Assembly (NCBI GenBank): GCA_044356215.1
Contig: JBIKWQ010000001.1
Span: forward strand, 1-64,000
Reading direction: 5' to 3'
Source: Bdellovibrionota bacterium
GTDB lineage: Bacteria > Bdellovibrionota_C > UBA2361 > OMII01
DNA: 64,000 nucleotides
Shown in pieces: positions 50,204-62,719 of this stretch (position 1 is its first letter; each line of letters starts with the position of its first letter). The notes beneath the pieces are model-generated. The model was given only the letters and a program-made list of their open reading frames with translations, searched no databases and had not been told where the DNA came from. The translations under genes were made by a program, and so were the position numbers.

Positions 50204-50941
50204 ATGGATCTTAAAATCAAAGGAAAAAGAGCTCTTGTTTTCGCTTCTTCTGAAGGGCTAGGAAAAGCTATAGCAAAGGAACTCTCCGCGGAAGGTGTTA
50301 GAGTGATTATCAGCTCTCGCAACTCTGAGAAGCTGGCTTCCACCGCCCAAGAGATTGGAGCGGCCGGTTTTATTACTTGCGATCTCTTACATAAGGGAGC
50401 GGCACGTGAACTCACCAGAGCCGCTATTGAGAAACTTGGGGGGCTAGATATTTTAGTAACCAACGCCGGGGGACCTCCAACCGGTGTATTCAAAGATATA
50501 ACGATAGAGCAATGGGAATCTTCATTTCAGTCGCTCTTTATGAGTTTGGTTGAATCAATTCAAGAAGCGTTACCAGAGATGTCTAAAGCTGGATGGGGGC
50601 GCATACTGATGCTTACATCTGTCGCTGGGAAGGAACCTATTCCTAATTTGACTGTGTCGAGTTCCCTGAGAGCCGGAGTGCATGGGCTTGTTAACGCTAT
50701 GAGTAAAGAGATCGGAGTTAACGGCATCACAATCAACGCTTTAATGCCTACTTTTACCGCGACTGAAAGGCTGAGAGAGCTTCGCCGAAATGAGGAAGAG
50801 ATGCTTAGCAAGATTCCGATGAAGAGACTCGGAAAACCTGACGAACTTGGCAAATTAGCCGCGTTTCTGGCTTCTGAGCACGCTGGTTTTATAACGGGAC
50901 AGGCGATAGCGTACGATGGTGGGGCTTTGGCGGGTATTTAG
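50204..50941 (+). CDS. SDR family oxidoreductase
   Basis: ASSEGLGKAIA, LVTNAGGPP, ITGQAIAYDGG. Confidence 0.92.
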   Translation: MDLKIKGKRALVFASSEGLGKAIAKELSAEGVRVIISSRNSEKLASTAQEIGAAGFITCDLLHKGAARELTRAAIEKLGGLDILVTNAGGPPTGVFKDITIEQWESSFQSLFMSLVESIQEALPEMSKAGWGRILMLTSVAGKEPIPNLTVSSSLRAGVHGLVNAMSKEIGVNGITINALMPTFTATERLRELRRNEEEMLSKIPMKRLGKPDELGKLAAFLASEHAGFITGQAIAYDGGALAGI

Positions 50942-50965
50942 GAGTGAGCGTAAAGATAAGGGGAG

Positions 50966-51543
50966 CTAGAGTATTTTCTCAGTCCGGTATCCGAGCGGAT
51001 CGCTCTGGCCCCTATCGATGAAACGTTTAATAGGTCGCTTGTAAATAATGATCGCCCGAGGACTATGTAGCACCCCGGAGAGCATAGCAATACCCTGCTC
51101 AGTAAAAACATACGGCAGATATCTTCGGCCCCCGCGACCTGATTTTGAGATGCCAATTTGGTATCTCAAAGAGCTAACCTCTTGTTCAGACAACTGAAAC
51201 ATAAAATCCTCGGGAAAGCGTTCACCCTAAAAACGGCAGTTAAGGAGGACTAAAGTGGTGCAGCTGGTTAAAAGCACAAGAGATTTTGAAATTTTCGGCG
51301 CGCAACCCTGGCACCGTCAGGGTGAGCACCAAAAATTCAAAAGCCGCAGTGATTTTAGCCAGATGCGCCGGTTTGGGACCCGCAACTGCCGTTTTTAGGT
51401 TCACGGTTTCTCTGAACCGCGCGCACGAGCGCGCCTGTTTCGGTTCCGTACAATTGAGCAAGGTCTGAATCGAGCATGACCTTGTGATTTCGAATTAAGT
51501 ATATGTTCTGCTCTACCAGTCTACGATTCTCTCCCTCTTTCAT
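50966..51543 (-). pseudogene. ORF6N-domain DNA-binding protein disrupted by the MITE
   Basis: IYLIRNHKVMLDSDLAQLYG...QRNRE|RFPEDFMFQL...RYLPYVFTEQGIAMLS rejoins in frame when the MITE and one TSD are removed. Confidence 0.92.
51226..51399. mobile_element. 174-bp MITE-like element, copy 2, with perfect 5-bp TSD TTCAC
   Basis: TTCAC at 51221-51225 and 51400-51404; same TIRs as copy 1. Confidence 0.95.
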
Positions 51544-51672
51544 ACGCCACCTCAATTTAGATAAACCCCTCTTGTTATCGATAAGATCTGTGATAAGTTG
51601 CCAACGAGCATAACAAATACCTAGCTCGGAGCGACGAAGCCTGGAAGGACGTGACGCAATCGCTCAAACCAG

Positions 51673-51906
51673 ATGAAACTAGAGACACAAAGACTAATCC
51701 TTAGATACTGGCAGCCATCTGATCGTGATAGCATTGTAGCCGGTCTCAATGATTTATCGGTATCTAAGTGGCTCGCTTTCGCTCCCTATCCCTACACAAC
51801 TAGGGATGCAGAAGGCCAAAAGAGAAGGGCCTATCGATGTATGGCTGATGGTGAATTCAAGGACGAATGCATAACCGGATTGCTGGTTGAAGAGTGGGTA
51901 AAGTGA
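51673..51906 (+). pseudogene. RimJ/RimL GNAT acetyltransferase with an in-frame internal deletion
   Basis: N-terminus LETQRLILR...PYPYT.RDAE is fused directly to C-terminus EG..R...GEFKD...GLL.EEW; only 77 aa. Confidence 0.75.
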
Positions 51907-52054
51907 TAAACATTGATTTGAGAGGGTCGACAGCGCTCCCGCTCACTGAAATTTTATCCGTCTAGAGGTATTGTGAGGAAGATACTGATAATTTATCTAC
52001 TAGCCTCATCATACGCGGCACTCGATGTTGATTCGCTAGCAAGTAAAGGAATAC

Positions 52055-52170
52055 TTGGCCGCTGAAGCGATGCTAATTCTTGTATCCATGGGTCTCTTTA
52101 TCTTTCCCGGGTTGCTCAGCGATGCGCTCGCTTACCTAAGCTTAGTTCCGGTTGTACGGGAAAGACTCAC
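52055..52170 (+). pseudogene. FxsA-like membrane protein fragment
   Basis: LFIFPGLLSDALAYLSLVPVVR resembles the FxsA PG..TD...L.P..R pattern. Confidence 0.4.
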
Positions 52171-52473
52171 TTATGCAGCCTTCTTTTCCGGCTCAAAGAC
52201 TATTCTTAGGCCAGCTGCCTTCAATATTCCATGCAGAGTTGAGAGCCTCGGGTTACCACTCTTAGAGAGCGCGCGATATACAGCTTGTCGGGTTATCCCA
52301 GATTTTTTTGATAGTCTCGAAAAATTTGTCTTTCTGGCCTCTAGAACATTTTTAACTGCTAGTAAAAACGCCTCTTGCGACTCCGTCTCTAGCACATCAG
52401 CCAAGTATCCTGCGGCGTATTCCGGGTCTTTTAGCCGCCTGAGAAGGGTTGTCTTATAATCTTTAGTTCTCAC
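52171..52473 (-). CDS. Addiction-module antidote (HTH antitoxin)
   Basis: LKDPEYAAGYL, SGITRQAVYRALS..GNPRLST. Confidence 0.92.
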   Translation of the reverse strand: MRTKDYKTTLLRRLKDPEYAAGYLADVLETESQEAFLLAVKNVLEARKTNFSRLSKKSGITRQAVYRALSKSGNPRLSTLHGILKAAGLRIVFEPEKKAA

Positions 52474-52789
52474 TGTATCTTCTCCACAGAATCTTCGCCT
52501 TATCGATGTCCTTTTTTTGAGAGGCTTTGTCCCCTCCGCCTATCAAGACAACCACCTCGTCTCCTCTAAGACCATAGTATACGCGGAGTCCTGGACCTTT
52601 CATGATCCGCAACTCATATACTCCTGACCCGAGAGCTTTGTGATCTCCGAAGTTGCCGACTGACAAGCGAGTTAAGCGGGAGTCGACTGCCCGTTGCAAT
52701 GCCGTCGTTAACTTATCGTGCCACTCTTCGAACGGGACTTTTCCCGAGTCGAGCCGCAACATTACAATTTTTCGCTCGCGGATATTCAC
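52463..52789 (-). CDS. RelE/HigB-like addiction-module toxin (toxin-first operon)
   Basis: GNFGDHKALG.GVYELRI..GPGLRVYY, GGDKASQKKDI. Confidence 0.93.
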   Translation of the reverse strand: MNIRERKIVMLRLDSGKVPFEEWHDKLTTALQRAVDSRLTRLSVGNFGDHKALGSGVYELRIMKGPGLRVYYGLRGDEVVVLIGGGDKASQKKDIDKAKILWRRYSEN

Positions 52790-52825
52790 TAATATAGTGT
52801 AAACTATAAGTTACAGTAAGGCAAT
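52790..52825 (-). promoter_or_regulatory. Leaderless TA promoter with operator palindrome
   Basis: Minus strand TTGCCT-17-TACACT, then 6 nt to GTG; TGTAA...TTACA inverted repeat spans the spacer. Confidence 0.6.
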
Positions 52826-53122
52826 CAAACATTTTTCTTAATCCCGCGGTCGACAAGATGTTACGGGATAACATGCCAAATCAGGGAACTAGGTCGTGAA
52901 CGACTTATGTCGCGGCGCTTTGACCTCACCTATCGCCCTAGCAGAAAGCAGCAACGCAAGCCCTAACTCATTGCTCCGGTGAATACAGATGCGTGACAGA
53001 TTATTTGAACAGCCACATTCAACTCTCGGATACCGGTGCTCTTCCGCGCAAAATTGTCCTTCGGACGATCCGCAATGGCAAATTTGAATTGACCCAAATG
53101 GCGCCTCTACCCGTAAAACAAC

Positions 53123-53226
53123 CCTAAAACAAGCAGTTGCGGCCCTGCAAATGGCACATCTGCTCAAAAGCCGAAGTGGTTTTGAGCAGACGCACCATTT
53201 ACAGAGCCGCAACTACTGTCTTTAGG
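53123..53226. mobile_element. 104-bp shorter relative of the MITE
   Basis: CCTAAAACAAGCAGTTGCGG...CCGCAACTACTGTCTTTAGG, near-full palindrome; no TSD. Confidence 0.75.
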
Positions 53227-53357
53227 TTTAATTCACGTCACAAAAATTCGAAGAACGCCTCAAGGTTCGCTGTCGCGGCGGGGAAAGATTTTACCTCGCC
53301 CCCCCCTCCCCTAAGAGGTATAGTGAACGGCACATACACTTGCCACTCGTACATTTA

Positions 53358-53753
53358 TTAGGACTCTCCAATAACTATGTCATAGTCTTTTTCAAAATCT
53401 GGATAGCAGCACCGAATCGCTGCATTGATATCCAAGCTTGAAAATTCCTCATAACGAGGATGGGCTTCATCAATAAAATCAATCTTCTTATTAGTCAGAA
53501 GCTGCATTTTCTCCCGAAGCACTTCTTTTTCTTGAAGGCCTGTTTTTGTCGTAAAAAGCAACAGGGTTCGTTGATCTGGGAGAATCTCAACTGGGATCAG
53601 CTTATCATCCCAGGCGACAGATCCTGCAACTAATCTCAAGACATTTGCGCCGATCAATTCAGCTAGCTGTATTTCTCGCTGATTCGATGATTGTCTCAGC
53701 GTATTATCGGAAGCACTTGCGATTACTGGAACATTATTCTGATGTTGAACCAT
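53358..53753 (-). CDS. Hypothetical protein, weakly like a stand-alone GspE/PilB N-terminal domain
   Basis: AWDDKLIPVE...TLLL...MQLLTNKKIDF pattern. Confidence 0.5.
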   Translation of the reverse strand: MVQHQNNVPVIASASDNTLRQSSNQREIQLAELIGANVLRLVAGSVAWDDKLIPVEILPDQRTLLLFTTKTGLQEKEVLREKMQLLTNKKIDFIDEAHPRYEEFSSLDINAAIRCCYPDFEKDYDIVIGES

Positions 53754-54057
53754 AGCTTACCAATAAATAAAAGTTCATAGTCCAGGCTCTACCAAGATTC
53801 ATGTCATATCCTACCACAGTTATTTTTGCCAGTCTATTGACAGCTACTGTCTTTGGAATTGCCCCGGCTTATAATCACCAGACCATTCTGAAATGTAGGC
53901 ACTTTTTTCTAGGAACTGACTACCAATGGGAGACAACTAGTTACCCACACTGGTCCTAGGTCAGCTAACCGATCGTTCCGCCGAAAGATCATGGCCTAAC
54001 CAAGTGGGGTTCCCGAGTGACAAACCCCGCGTGCTCATCACACACGGGCCCCCTCCC

Positions 54058-57000
54058 CTAAAACAATCCCTGCAGAGTCTCTAAAGAGGTCTGATTCATC
54101 TTGTAATCAGACTGAGGCTTCTTAGCCTCAGTGCCAGGCTCCTCTCCCTCTACACGAACGTGACGCTGACCGTACGCCGCAACTCCGGAGCCAGCCGGAA
54201 TTAGACGGCCCATGATTACGTTCTCTTTTAGTCCACGTAGGGTATCAACCTTACCGGATACAGCCGCCTCTGTGAGAACCTTTGTGGTCTCTTGGAAGCT
54301 CGCCGCTGAGATAAACGAATCAGTTGAGAGCGCTGCCTTGGTGATACCCAAGAGAAGCGGCTCATAGGTAGCTGGCTTACCACCGTTAGCTACTACACGC
54401 TGATTCTCATCTATCACTCTGAAACGCTCTACGTTATCACCGATCAGGAAGCTGCTATCGCCGAACTCACTGATCTTAACACGCTTAAGCATCTGACGAA
54501 CGATTACCTCGATGTGCTTATCGTTGATGCGCACACCCTGTAATCGGTAGATCTCCTGTACCTCGTTTACTAGGTAAGCTGCGAGAGCCTTAACTCCCTC
54601 AATACGGAGGATGTCATGCGGGTTAACCGATCCATCGGTGAGAACCTCACCAGCCTTTACTCGGTCTCCACGCTGAACCACAACGTGCTTAGTCTTAGCT
54701 ACTAGGTACTCACGCGGCTCTCCAAAGTCAGGAGTTACCACGATCTTACGCTTACCGCGGGAATCCTCACCGAAATCAACGACTCCATCAACATCGCTGA
54801 CAACCGCTGGATCCTTTGGCTTACGAGCCTCGAGCAACTCAACTACTCGTGGAAGACCTCCAGTAATATCCTTGGTCTTAGTCGTAGCGCGCTCGCGCTT
54901 AGCGATAACATCTCCGGCGTCGATATCTGAGTTGTGCTCAACTACAAGTCTTACACCAACCGGCAGGTTGTAGACTCGAGTATCTCCGTTCTCGCCGTGA
55001 ATCACGATACGAGGACGTAGGTCGCTGCTCTTATCCTTGGCTTGAACGATCTCTCGCTCTGCGAATCCAGTGCGCTCATCAGTGCGCTCTTCCATCGTAT
55101 ACTCAGATACGTCAACCCACTCAACGCGACCAGCAAGCTCGCTCAAGATAGGAATCGTAAATGGATCCCACTCGCTCAATAGCGCGCCAGGCTTAACTTC
55201 CTGTCCTTCCTCTACACGGAGACGAGCTCCGTATACGAGCTGGTGACGCTCGCGCTCACGACCATCACCCTTATCGACGATAACGATCTCACTCTTGCGG
55301 CTCATCACCACAGAGGTACCGTCGCGACGACGTGCCAGACGAACTCCATCCAACTGGATTGCTCCAGCGTAACGAGCCTCTAAAGATGTAGATTCAGCGC
55401 GCCCAAGAGCCGCTCCTCCGATGTGGAACGTTCTCATGGTTAGCTGAGTACCAGGCTCACCGATTGACTGCGCGGCGATAACACCAACAGCCTCTCCCAT
55501 GTTAACCAAGTGACCTCGAGCAAGATCACGCCCGTAGCACAAGCTACAAACACCACGCTCGGATTCGCACGTTAATACGGACCGAATCAGAACTGTATCG
55601 AGCCCGGCATTTGAGATCTTAGTGGCCAACTCCTCGTCGATCTGTTGATTACGGGAAACGAGAATCTCATTGGTGATCGGATCACGAACGTCCTCGCCCG
55701 CTGTCCTTCCAAGGATGCGGTTGTACAAGCTCTCGATCTCCTCACCGCCCTCGATGAGCGCTGACATATCAAGACCTTCCATTGTTCCGCAATCGTAATC
55801 ACCAACGATGCTGTCCTGCGCTACGTCAACCAGCTTACGAGTTAGGTAACCCGAACTAGCTGTCTTAAGCGCGGTATCAGCAAGACCCTTACGAGCTCCG
55901 TGCGTTGATACGAAGTACTGAAGAACCGTTAGACCCTCACGGAGGTTAGCCTTAATCGGCTGCTCAATGATCGATCCATCTGGCTTAGCCATGAGACCAC
56001 GCATTCCACCTAGCTGACGGATCTGCTGGCTGGAACCACGCGCGCCCGAATCAGCCATGATGAAGATCGGGTTAAACGACGGGCCACGCTTTGTCTCTCC
56101 ATTAGACTCAGCCTTGAACTCAGTCGAAGAGATTGTCTCCATCATGTCGTTGGCGATACGATCACCCACGTCAGACCAGATATCGATGACCTTATTGTAG
56201 CGCTCACCGGATGTAACCAAACCTTCTCTGTATTGATTATCGATCTCAGCTACCTTGCCGTCCGCCTCAGCTAGAAGCCCCTTCTTAGCATCAGGGATTA
56301 CCATGTCGTGAACTCCGATTGAGATTCCCGAAATAGTAGCGAAGTAGTATCCGTTGTCTTTTAGCTTGTCAGCTAAAAGAACAGTCGCTTTATTTCCAGC
56401 CACACGGAAGCACTCGTCGATTAGCTGCGAGATCTCCTTCTTCTTCATCACTTTGTTGAAGTGAGAGAAAGGAAGAACCTTTGGACATAGGTGGTAGAGA
56501 AGCGTGCGACCTACTGTGGTCGATACCAACTCACCATCGATGCGCACACGGATCTTAGCTTGGAGATGTGTCTCATGAGACTGCCAAGCTAACCAAACCT
56601 CATCTGGTCCGGTGTAAACTTTATTCTCTCCTAAAGCGAATGGTCGCTCACGGGTCATGTAGTACAGACCAAGAACGATATCCTGCGATGGAACGATGAT
56701 CGGCTTACCGTTCGCTGGGCTCAAGATGTTGTTTGTTGACATCATCAAGACCCGAGACTCAACCTGCGCCTCAATCGAGAGCGGAACGTGAACCGCCATC
56801 TGGTCGCCGTCGAAGTCCGCGTTAAACGCCGTACAAACTAGAGGATGAAGCTGAATCGCCTTACCCTCGATTAGGATCGGCTCGAAAGCTTGAATTCCCA
56901 ATCTGTGTAGTGTCGGAGCTCGGTTTAGAAGAACTGGATGTTCGCGAATAACCTCGTCGAGGATATCCCAAACAACTGGTTTCTCCTTCTCAACCATCTT

Positions 57001-58194
57001 CTTAGCGCTCTTGATCGTAGTTACATAACCACGCTCTTCGAGCTTGTTGTAAATGAAAGGCTTAAACAACTCGAGAGCCATCTTCTTCGGCAATCCGCAC
57101 TGATGCAGACGAAGCTCTGGACCAACCACGATTACTGAGCGGCCCGAGTAGTCAACACGCTTACCAAGGAGGTTCTGACGGAAACGACCGCCCTTACCCT
57201 TTAGCATGTCGCTCAAAGACTTGAGCGGACGCTTGTTTGGACCGGTAATTGTGCGGCCACGACGACCGTTGTCAAACAATGCGTCTACCGACTCCTGAAG
57301 CATACGCTTCTCGTTGCGGATGATAATATCAGGGGCATTAAGCTCCATTAATCTCTTAAGACGGTTGTTACGATTGATCACACGACGATACAGATCGTTT
57401 AGATCGCTGGTAGCGAAACGGCCACCATCAAGTGGAACCAACGGACGGAGATCCGGAGGAATAACCGGAACAACGCTCAGAATCATCCACTCCGGCTTGT
57501 TATCGCTCTGCTGGAATGAGGTAAGAACCTTAAGACGCTTAGCAAGCTTCTTCTTCTTAGCCTCAGATGTAACCTCCTTCATCTCCTCTCTTAGCTCAGC
57601 GCAGAGGGGATCAACGTCGATCGCCTTTAGGAGAGTAAGTATCGCCTCGGCTCCCATGCCAGCCTCGAATGACGAGCCAAACTCCTCACGAGCCGCGCGA
57701 TAATCGCGCTCAGCGAGAAGCTCACCCATCTTGAGGTTTGACTTACCTGGATCGGTAACAACATAACTCTCGAAGTAAAGAACCTTCTCGAGGTCTCTTA
57801 AAGTTAAATCGAGGATGTTTCCGATACGGCTCGGCAAGCTCTTAAGGAACCAGATGTGCGCCACTGGGCACGCAAGCTCGATGTGTCCCATGCGCTCACG
57901 ACGCACCTTGGACTGGATTACCTCTACACCGCACTTCTCGCAGACTACGCCACGGTGGCGAAGACGCTTATACTTACCGCAGATACATTCGTAATCTTTT
58001 ACTGGACCGAAGATCTTGGCGCAGAAGAGACCATCTCGCTCAGGCTTTAGAGTTCTATAGTTGATCGTCTCTGGCTTGGTAACCTCACCAAAGGACCATC
58101 CACGGATCCTCTCTGGGCTCGCGATCGAGATCTTGAGCGCGTTGAACTTAATTGGATTCTTTGGTCGTTCGAACAAGTTAAATAAGTCGTCCAT
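54058..58194 (-). CDS. rpoC: RNA polymerase beta' subunit
   Basis: [12 protein letters not shown], Zn-finger [22 protein letters not shown]. Confidence 0.99.
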   Translation of the reverse strand: MDDLFNLFERPKNPIKFNALKISIASPERIRGWSFGEVTKPETINYRTLKPERDGLFCAKIFGPVKDYECICGKYKRLRHRGVVCEKCGVEVIQSKVRRERMGHIELACPVAHIWFLKSLPSRIGNILDLTLRDLEKVLYFESYVVTDPGKSNLKMGELLAERDYRAAREEFGSSFEAGMGAEAILTLLKAIDVDPLCAELREEMKEVTSEAKKKKLAKRLKVLTSFQQSDNKPEWMILSVVPVIPPDLRPLVPLDGGRFATSDLNDLYRRVINRNNRLKRLMELNAPDIIIRNEKRMLQESVDALFDNGRRGRTITGPNKRPLKSLSDMLKGKGGRFRQNLLGKRVDYSGRSVIVVGPELRLHQCGLPKKMALELFKPFIYNKLEERGYVTTIKSAKKMVEKEKPVVWDILDEVIREHPVLLNRAPTLHRLGIQAFEPILIEGKAIQLHPLVCTAFNADFDGDQMAVHVPLSIEAQVESRVLMMSTNNILSPANGKPIIVPSQDIVLGLYYMTRERPFALGENKVYTGPDEVWLAWQSHETHLQAKIRVRIDGELVSTTVGRTLLYHLCPKVLPFSHFNKVMKKKEISQLIDECFRVAGNKATVLLADKLKDNGYYFATISGISIGVHDMVIPDAKKGLLAEADGKVAEIDNQYREGLVTSGERYNKVIDIWSDVGDRIANDMMETISSTEFKAESNGETKRGPSFNPIFIMADSGARGSSQQIRQLGGMRGLMAKPDGSIIEQPIKANLREGLTVLQYFVSTHGARKGLADTALKTASSGYLTRKLVDVAQDSIVGDYDCGTMEGLDMSALIEGGEEIESLYNRILGRTAGEDVRDPITNEILVSRNQQIDEELATKISNAGLDTVLIRSVLTCESERGVCSLCYGRDLARGHLVNMGEAVGVIAAQSIGEPGTQLTMRTFHIGGAALGRAESTSLEARYAGAIQLDGVRLARRRDGTSVVMSRKSEIVIVDKGDGRERERHQLVYGARLRVEEGQEVKPGALLSEWDPFTIPILSELAGRVEWVDVSEYTMEERTDERTGFAEREIVQAKDKSSDLRPRIVIHGENGDTRVYNLPVGVRLVVEHNSDIDAGDVIAKRERATTKTKDITGGLPRVVELLEARKPKDPAVVSDVDGVVDFGEDSRGKRKIVVTPDFGEPREYLVAKTKHVVVQRGDRVKAGEVLTDGSVNPHDILRIEGVKALAAYLVNEVQEIYRLQGVRINDKHIEVIVRQMLKRVKISEFGDSSFLIGDNVERFRVIDENQRVVANGGKPATYEPLLLGITKAALSTDSFISAASFQETTKVLTEAAVSGKVDTLRGLKENVIMGRLIPAGSGVAAYGQRHVRVEGEEPGTEAKKPQSDYKMNQTSLETLQGLF

Positions 58195-58225
58195 TTATCA
58201 TCCCTCTAGTTTGAAATCTGAAAGC

Positions 58226-58250
58226 GCGGCCGGCTGAATTAGCCGGCCGC
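58226..58250 (-). terminator. GC-rich hairpin between rpoB and rpoC
   Basis: GCGGCCGGCT-GAATT-AGCCGGCCGC; only a short U tract follows. Confidence 0.4.
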
Positions 58251-58258
58251 TAAAGCCA

Positions 58259-61200
58259 TTACACCGCGGCTAGCGTTGTCCCTTGATCAAGCGATGTTGA
58301 TGGAGAAGCTTCGTCAGCATTAGCTGCCTGCTCCTCTACCAGCTCCACATCGAGACAGAGCGACTTTAATTCCTGCATCATTACGTGGAATGACTCAGGC
58401 AACCCTGGCTCTAGAACGTGCTCGCCCTTCACAATCGACTCGTACATCCTAGTCCTTCCAGCTACGTCATCTGACTTCACTGTTAAGAACTCCTGGAGTG
58501 AGTAAGCTGCTCCGTAAGCCTCGAGCGCCCACACCTCCATCTCTCCGAGTCTCTGACCTCCGAACTGCGCCTTTCCGCCCAACGGCTGTTGGGTAACGAG
58601 CGAGTATGGTCCAATTGAACGAGCATGTATCTTGTCGTCAACCAAGTGGTCGAGTTTCAGCATGTACATCACGCCCACTGTCGCTTTCTCAGAGAAAGCC
58701 TCGCCAGTGCGACCATCGTAAAGCTGAATCTTTCCATCCGCTGGAGCTCCAACGAACTTCAAGAGCTCCTGGATATCCGACTCACGAGCCGCGTCGAATA
58801 CAGGGGTAGCAAATCTGATACCCTTCATCTCACGGCAGGCTAGCGTTAAGAGATCGGCGTCTGATAGCGACTGAACAAAGTTAGCGTGCGCGCTACCCTT
58901 GTAGGCCATCAACAGAACCTCGCGGATCTGCGCTACCGTCTGCTTCTTGGTCTCCGCTGTTGTCTCCGCGCGATCTACTCCCGTTAGTGGGTCCACAACC
59001 GACTCTACTAACTCTGAGATACGACGACCTAGCAGATACGAAGCCCATCCAAGATGAGTCTCTAGGATCTGCCCCACGTTCATACGCGATGGTACACCTA
59101 GTGGGTTAAGAACCATATCAACTGGTGTGCCATCGGCGAGGTACGGCATATCCTCTTGCGGAAGAACTCGCGAGAGAACTCCCTTATTTCCATGCCGTCC
59201 GGCAACCTTGTCACCAACCTGGATCTTACGCTTGCTGGCAACGAAGACCTTCACCATCTTGATGATGCCAGGTGCCAACTCATCACCTTCCTTGAGACGC
59301 TTAATCTTCTCATTCAGGTGTGCGCGCTTGTTATTGATCAACTGGCCAGTGCTCATCACGACTTTGTTGATCTGCTCCTGTAACTTCTCGTCACCAACTT
59401 GAATATCACGGAGATACTCAAACGGAACCTCATTTAACATCTCAGCGGTCAGCTTCTCACCCTTAGCGATCAACTCAGCACGCTTCTCGTCAACGAGACG
59501 CGCTGTTGTTGTTCGGCCTACTAGGGTGTTAACGATACCCTTTAGAGCGGTGTCTTTAAGGATCTTAATCTCATCCTTCATGTCCTGCTCTAAGCGGGCG
59601 ATATCGCGCTTCTCTAGCTCAATCGTACGCTCGTCTTTATCTGTTCCCTTGCGCGAGAATACCTGTGCCGAGATAACAGTTCCCTCAACTCCTGGCGGGA
59701 GCTTCAAGCTGCTATCACGAACCTCACCGGCCTTCTCTCCGAAGATCGCTCTTAAGAGCTTCTCTTCCGGGCTCAACTGAGTCTCACTCTTAGGAGTTAT
59801 CTTACCTACTAAGATATCTCCAGGGTGAACCTCAGCTCCGATACGGATAATTCCTGACTCATCAAGGTTCTTAAGAGCTTCCTCTCCAACGTTTGGAATG
59901 TCGCGAGTAATCTCCTCTTTACCGAGCTTGGTATCACGAGCGATACACTCGAACTCCTCAATGTGAACAGATGAGAAGATATCCTTCTTCACCATATTCT
60001 CACTGATCAGAACTGAGTCCTCGAAGTTGTATCCGTTCCACGGCATGAAGGCTACGAGACAGTTCTGACCTAAGGCCAACTCGGCCATGTCAGTACTCGG
60101 ACCATCCGCGATGATCTCGTTCTCGCCGATCTTCTCACCTGCCCTTACGATCGGACGCTGAGTGATACATGTATTCTGATTTGAGCGGCGATACTTCACC
60201 AACTTGTAGATATCAACGCCTGTGTCGAGTGAATCATCAGAGACCTTATCGGCCTTGATAACGATCCTCTCAGACTCAACGGACATTACAGTTCCAGCAC
60301 GCTTAGCTACAATCGTTGCTCCCGAGTCACGGGCAACGATGTGCTCCATTCCAGTTCCAACAAGCGGCGCCTGAGAAACGAGACATGGAACAGCTTGGCG
60401 CTGCATGTTTGAACCCATCAACGCGCGGTTCGCGTCATCGTTCTCAAGGAACGGAATGAGAGAAGCCGCCACTGATACGATCTGCTTAGGACTTACGTCT
60501 AACTTTGACACCTCTTCTGGTGGAACCAGGAGGTACTCTCCGTTACGACGAACTGGGATAGAACTCTCAGCGAGATTACCCTTGCTGTCCATCTCAATAC
60601 TAGCTGGAGCGATCGTCTCACGCTCTTCCTCTAGTGCCGATAGGTAAACAACATCACCAGTTACCTTGTGGTTGTTATCAACAACGCGGTAAGGGGTCTC
60701 GATAAAGCCGAACTCGTTCACGCGAGCATAAACCGCAAGCGACGCTATAAGTCCGATGTTTGGACCCTCAGGGGTCTCAATTGGACAGATACGTCCGTAG
60801 TGAGTCGCGTTTACGTCACGCACCTCAAAGCCCGCGCGATCACGCGTTAGACCACCTGGTCCAAGCGCTGAGAGACGACGCTTATGCGTAATCTCTGACA
60901 ACGGATTGGTTTGATCCATGAACTGGGATAACTGGGACGATCCGAAGAACTCCTTTACTACCGCCGCTACTGGCTTGTAGTTGATCAGGTCCTGCGGAAC
61001 GAGGGTATCGATATCTTGCATACCCATACGCTCACGGACAGCGCGCTCCATGCGCACTAATCCTATGCGATACTGATTCTCAATCAACTCACCCACTGCG
61101 CGAACACGACGGTTGCCGAGGTGGTCGATATCATCGATCGAGTAACGCTGACCATCTGTTGAGTTGCGAAGCTCTAAGAGATAGCGAACCGTCTCCTTAA

Positions 61201-62719
61201 TATCGTCAGGCGACAATACACCTTGATCCATCGGAGGAGCCTCACGGCCCTGCGATATGTACAGCTTGTGATTAAGCTTGTAACGACCGATATCCGAGAG
61301 GTCATACCTCTCAGCGTTGAAGAACAGATTCTTGAATGTAGCCTGCGCGGTTTCTGGACGCGGAGGATCGCCAGGACGCAAACGACGATAAATCTCCACC
61401 AGACTGTCGATCGTTGGACGACCAGCAAGTCTTGAGTAAAGCGAATTATCGCCCGCCATCTTATCAGAGATTAACGTCTTCCAGAGAGACTCTCCGATGT
61501 GGTTATCCTCTACGTAGAGAACGCGAATTCTATCTAGGCCAAGCTCACGTTGCGCTGTGAGCGCGCCTCGCTCAACTATCTCACCCTTTGAGTTAACTTT
61601 ATCCGCTTTGAGCTCATCTCCAGCGTTAACTATCACCTCAAATTGTGAGCAGATTAACTTCGCTTCTTTCTCATCTAAATCGAGAACAGCAGCTCCTACA
61701 CGCTCACGGATGATATCCCAACCAACGAGAACCTCACCCTTCTCAGCGATAACCTCACCGGTCTTTGAGTTGATTACGTTGTCTGTAGCTTGAATAACCG
61801 TTTCGGCGGCAACCATCCCGACAACAGAATCAGGAGCGATCTCGATCTCGTTAACACCAGCCTCACGAAGGCGGCGAATCACGGCCTTGTTGAATTTTCC
61901 ACCCTGCTTGACTAATACCTTTCCGGCATCCTTTATCTCTCTAAAGGACTTTTGGCCATCAAGTTGATCAGCCTTGAACTCTTTAGTAACCACTCCACGC
62001 TTGCCGAAAACAAGGGTATCGGTCTTGTAATAGTTCGCGAGAATATCATCCGCCGACATACCCAAAGCGCGCAGCAACACGCTGGCGTTTAGCTTACGAC
62101 GACGGTCTATGCGCACGTGAAGGATATCCTTCACGTCGAACTCGAAATCCATCCATGAGCCGCGGTATGGAATTATGCGTGAAGAGTAAAGCAGCTTGCC
62201 GGATACATGGCTCTTTCCATCGTCGTGATCAAAGAACACGCCTGGAGAACGGTGCAGCTGGCTTACAATTACTCTCTCTGTTCCATTGATAACGAACGTA
62301 CCACGCTCAGTCATCAGCGGAATCTCACCGAAGTAGACTACATCCTCCTTGAGCGCGCTTAGGTGGCGAGCACCTGTCTCAGGGTTAACATCCCAGAGAA
62401 CGAGCTGAATCGTAACGCGTAGAGGAGCTGCCCAGGTCATTCCGCGATCACGACACTCGTCCATGTCGTACTTTGGCGTGCCAAGGTTGTAAGATACAAA
62501 CTCTAACGAGGCTGTGTTGTTGTAATCACGAACCGGGAAGACCGACTTAAAGACCTTTTGAAGGCCGATGTCCTCTCTCTTCTCTGGTTCTACGTTGGCT
62601 TGTAAGAACCTCTCGTAAGAGCTCTTCTGAATTCCGATCAGATTTGGAATCTCAGCGATCTCACCAATTTTTGAATACGTTTTGCGAAGGCGAAGGTTGG
62701 TCTTGATTTTTGATGTCAT
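58259..62719 (-). CDS. rpoB: RNA polymerase beta subunit
   Basis: [33 protein letters not shown]. Confidence 0.99.
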   Translation of the reverse strand: MTSKIKTNLRLRKTYSKIGEIAEIPNLIGIQKSSYERFLQANVEPEKREDIGLQKVFKSVFPVRDYNNTASLEFVSYNLGTPKYDMDECRDRGMTWAAPLRVTIQLVLWDVNPETGARHLSALKEDVVYFGEIPLMTERGTFVINGTERVIVSQLHRSPGVFFDHDDGKSHVSGKLLYSSRIIPYRGSWMDFEFDVKDILHVRIDRRRKLNASVLLRALGMSADDILANYYKTDTLVFGKRGVVTKEFKADQLDGQKSFREIKDAGKVLVKQGGKFNKAVIRRLREAGVNEIEIAPDSVVGMVAAETVIQATDNVINSKTGEVIAEKGEVLVGWDIIRERVGAAVLDLDEKEAKLICSQFEVIVNAGDELKADKVNSKGEIVERGALTAQRELGLDRIRVLYVEDNHIGESLWKTLISDKMAGDNSLYSRLAGRPTIDSLVEIYRRLRPGDPPRPETAQATFKNLFFNAERYDLSDIGRYKLNHKLYISQGREAPPMDQGVLSPDDIKETVRYLLELRNSTDGQRYSIDDIDHLGNRRVRAVGELIENQYRIGLVRMERAVRERMGMQDIDTLVPQDLINYKPVAAVVKEFFGSSQLSQFMDQTNPLSEITHKRRLSALGPGGLTRDRAGFEVRDVNATHYGRICPIETPEGPNIGLIASLAVYARVNEFGFIETPYRVVDNNHKVTGDVVYLSALEEERETIAPASIEMDSKGNLAESSIPVRRNGEYLLVPPEEVSKLDVSPKQIVSVAASLIPFLENDDANRALMGSNMQRQAVPCLVSQAPLVGTGMEHIVARDSGATIVAKRAGTVMSVESERIVIKADKVSDDSLDTGVDIYKLVKYRRSNQNTCITQRPIVRAGEKIGENEIIADGPSTDMAELALGQNCLVAFMPWNGYNFEDSVLISENMVKKDIFSSVHIEEFECIARDTKLGKEEITRDIPNVGEEALKNLDESGIIRIGAEVHPGDILVGKITPKSETQLSPEEKLLRAIFGEKAGEVRDSSLKLPPGVEGTVISAQVFSRKGTDKDERTIELEKRDIARLEQDMKDEIKILKDTALKGIVNTLVGRTTTARLVDEKRAELIAKGEKLTAEMLNEVPFEYLRDIQVGDEKLQEQINKVVMSTGQLINNKRAHLNEKIKRLKEGDELAPGIIKMVKVFVASKRKIQVGDKVAGRHGNKGVLSRVLPQEDMPYLADGTPVDMVLNPLGVPSRMNVGQILETHLGWASYLLGRRISELVESVVDPLTGVDRAETTAETKKQTVAQIREVLLMAYKGSAHANFVQSLSDADLLTLACREMKGIRFATPVFDAARESDIQELLKFVGAPADGKIQLYDGRTGEAFSEKATVGVMYMLKLDHLVDDKIHARSIGPYSLVTQQPLGGKAQFGGQRLGEMEVWALEAYGAAYSLQEFLTVKSDDVAGRTRMYESIVKGEHVLEPGLPESFHVMMQELKSLCLDVELVEEQAANADEASPSTSLDQGTTLAAV

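Noticed and set aside
50945..53760. Integron cassette array
   Set aside because: The cargo is cassette-like, but there is no integrase, orientations are mixed, and no convincing paired RYYYAAC/GTTRRRY attC sites were found.
58259..62719. Intein in the long RpoB (or in DnaB or RpoC)
   Set aside because: No C/S...HN splice motifs or LAGLIDADG blocks; the extra length falls in regions where lineage-specific insertions are usual.
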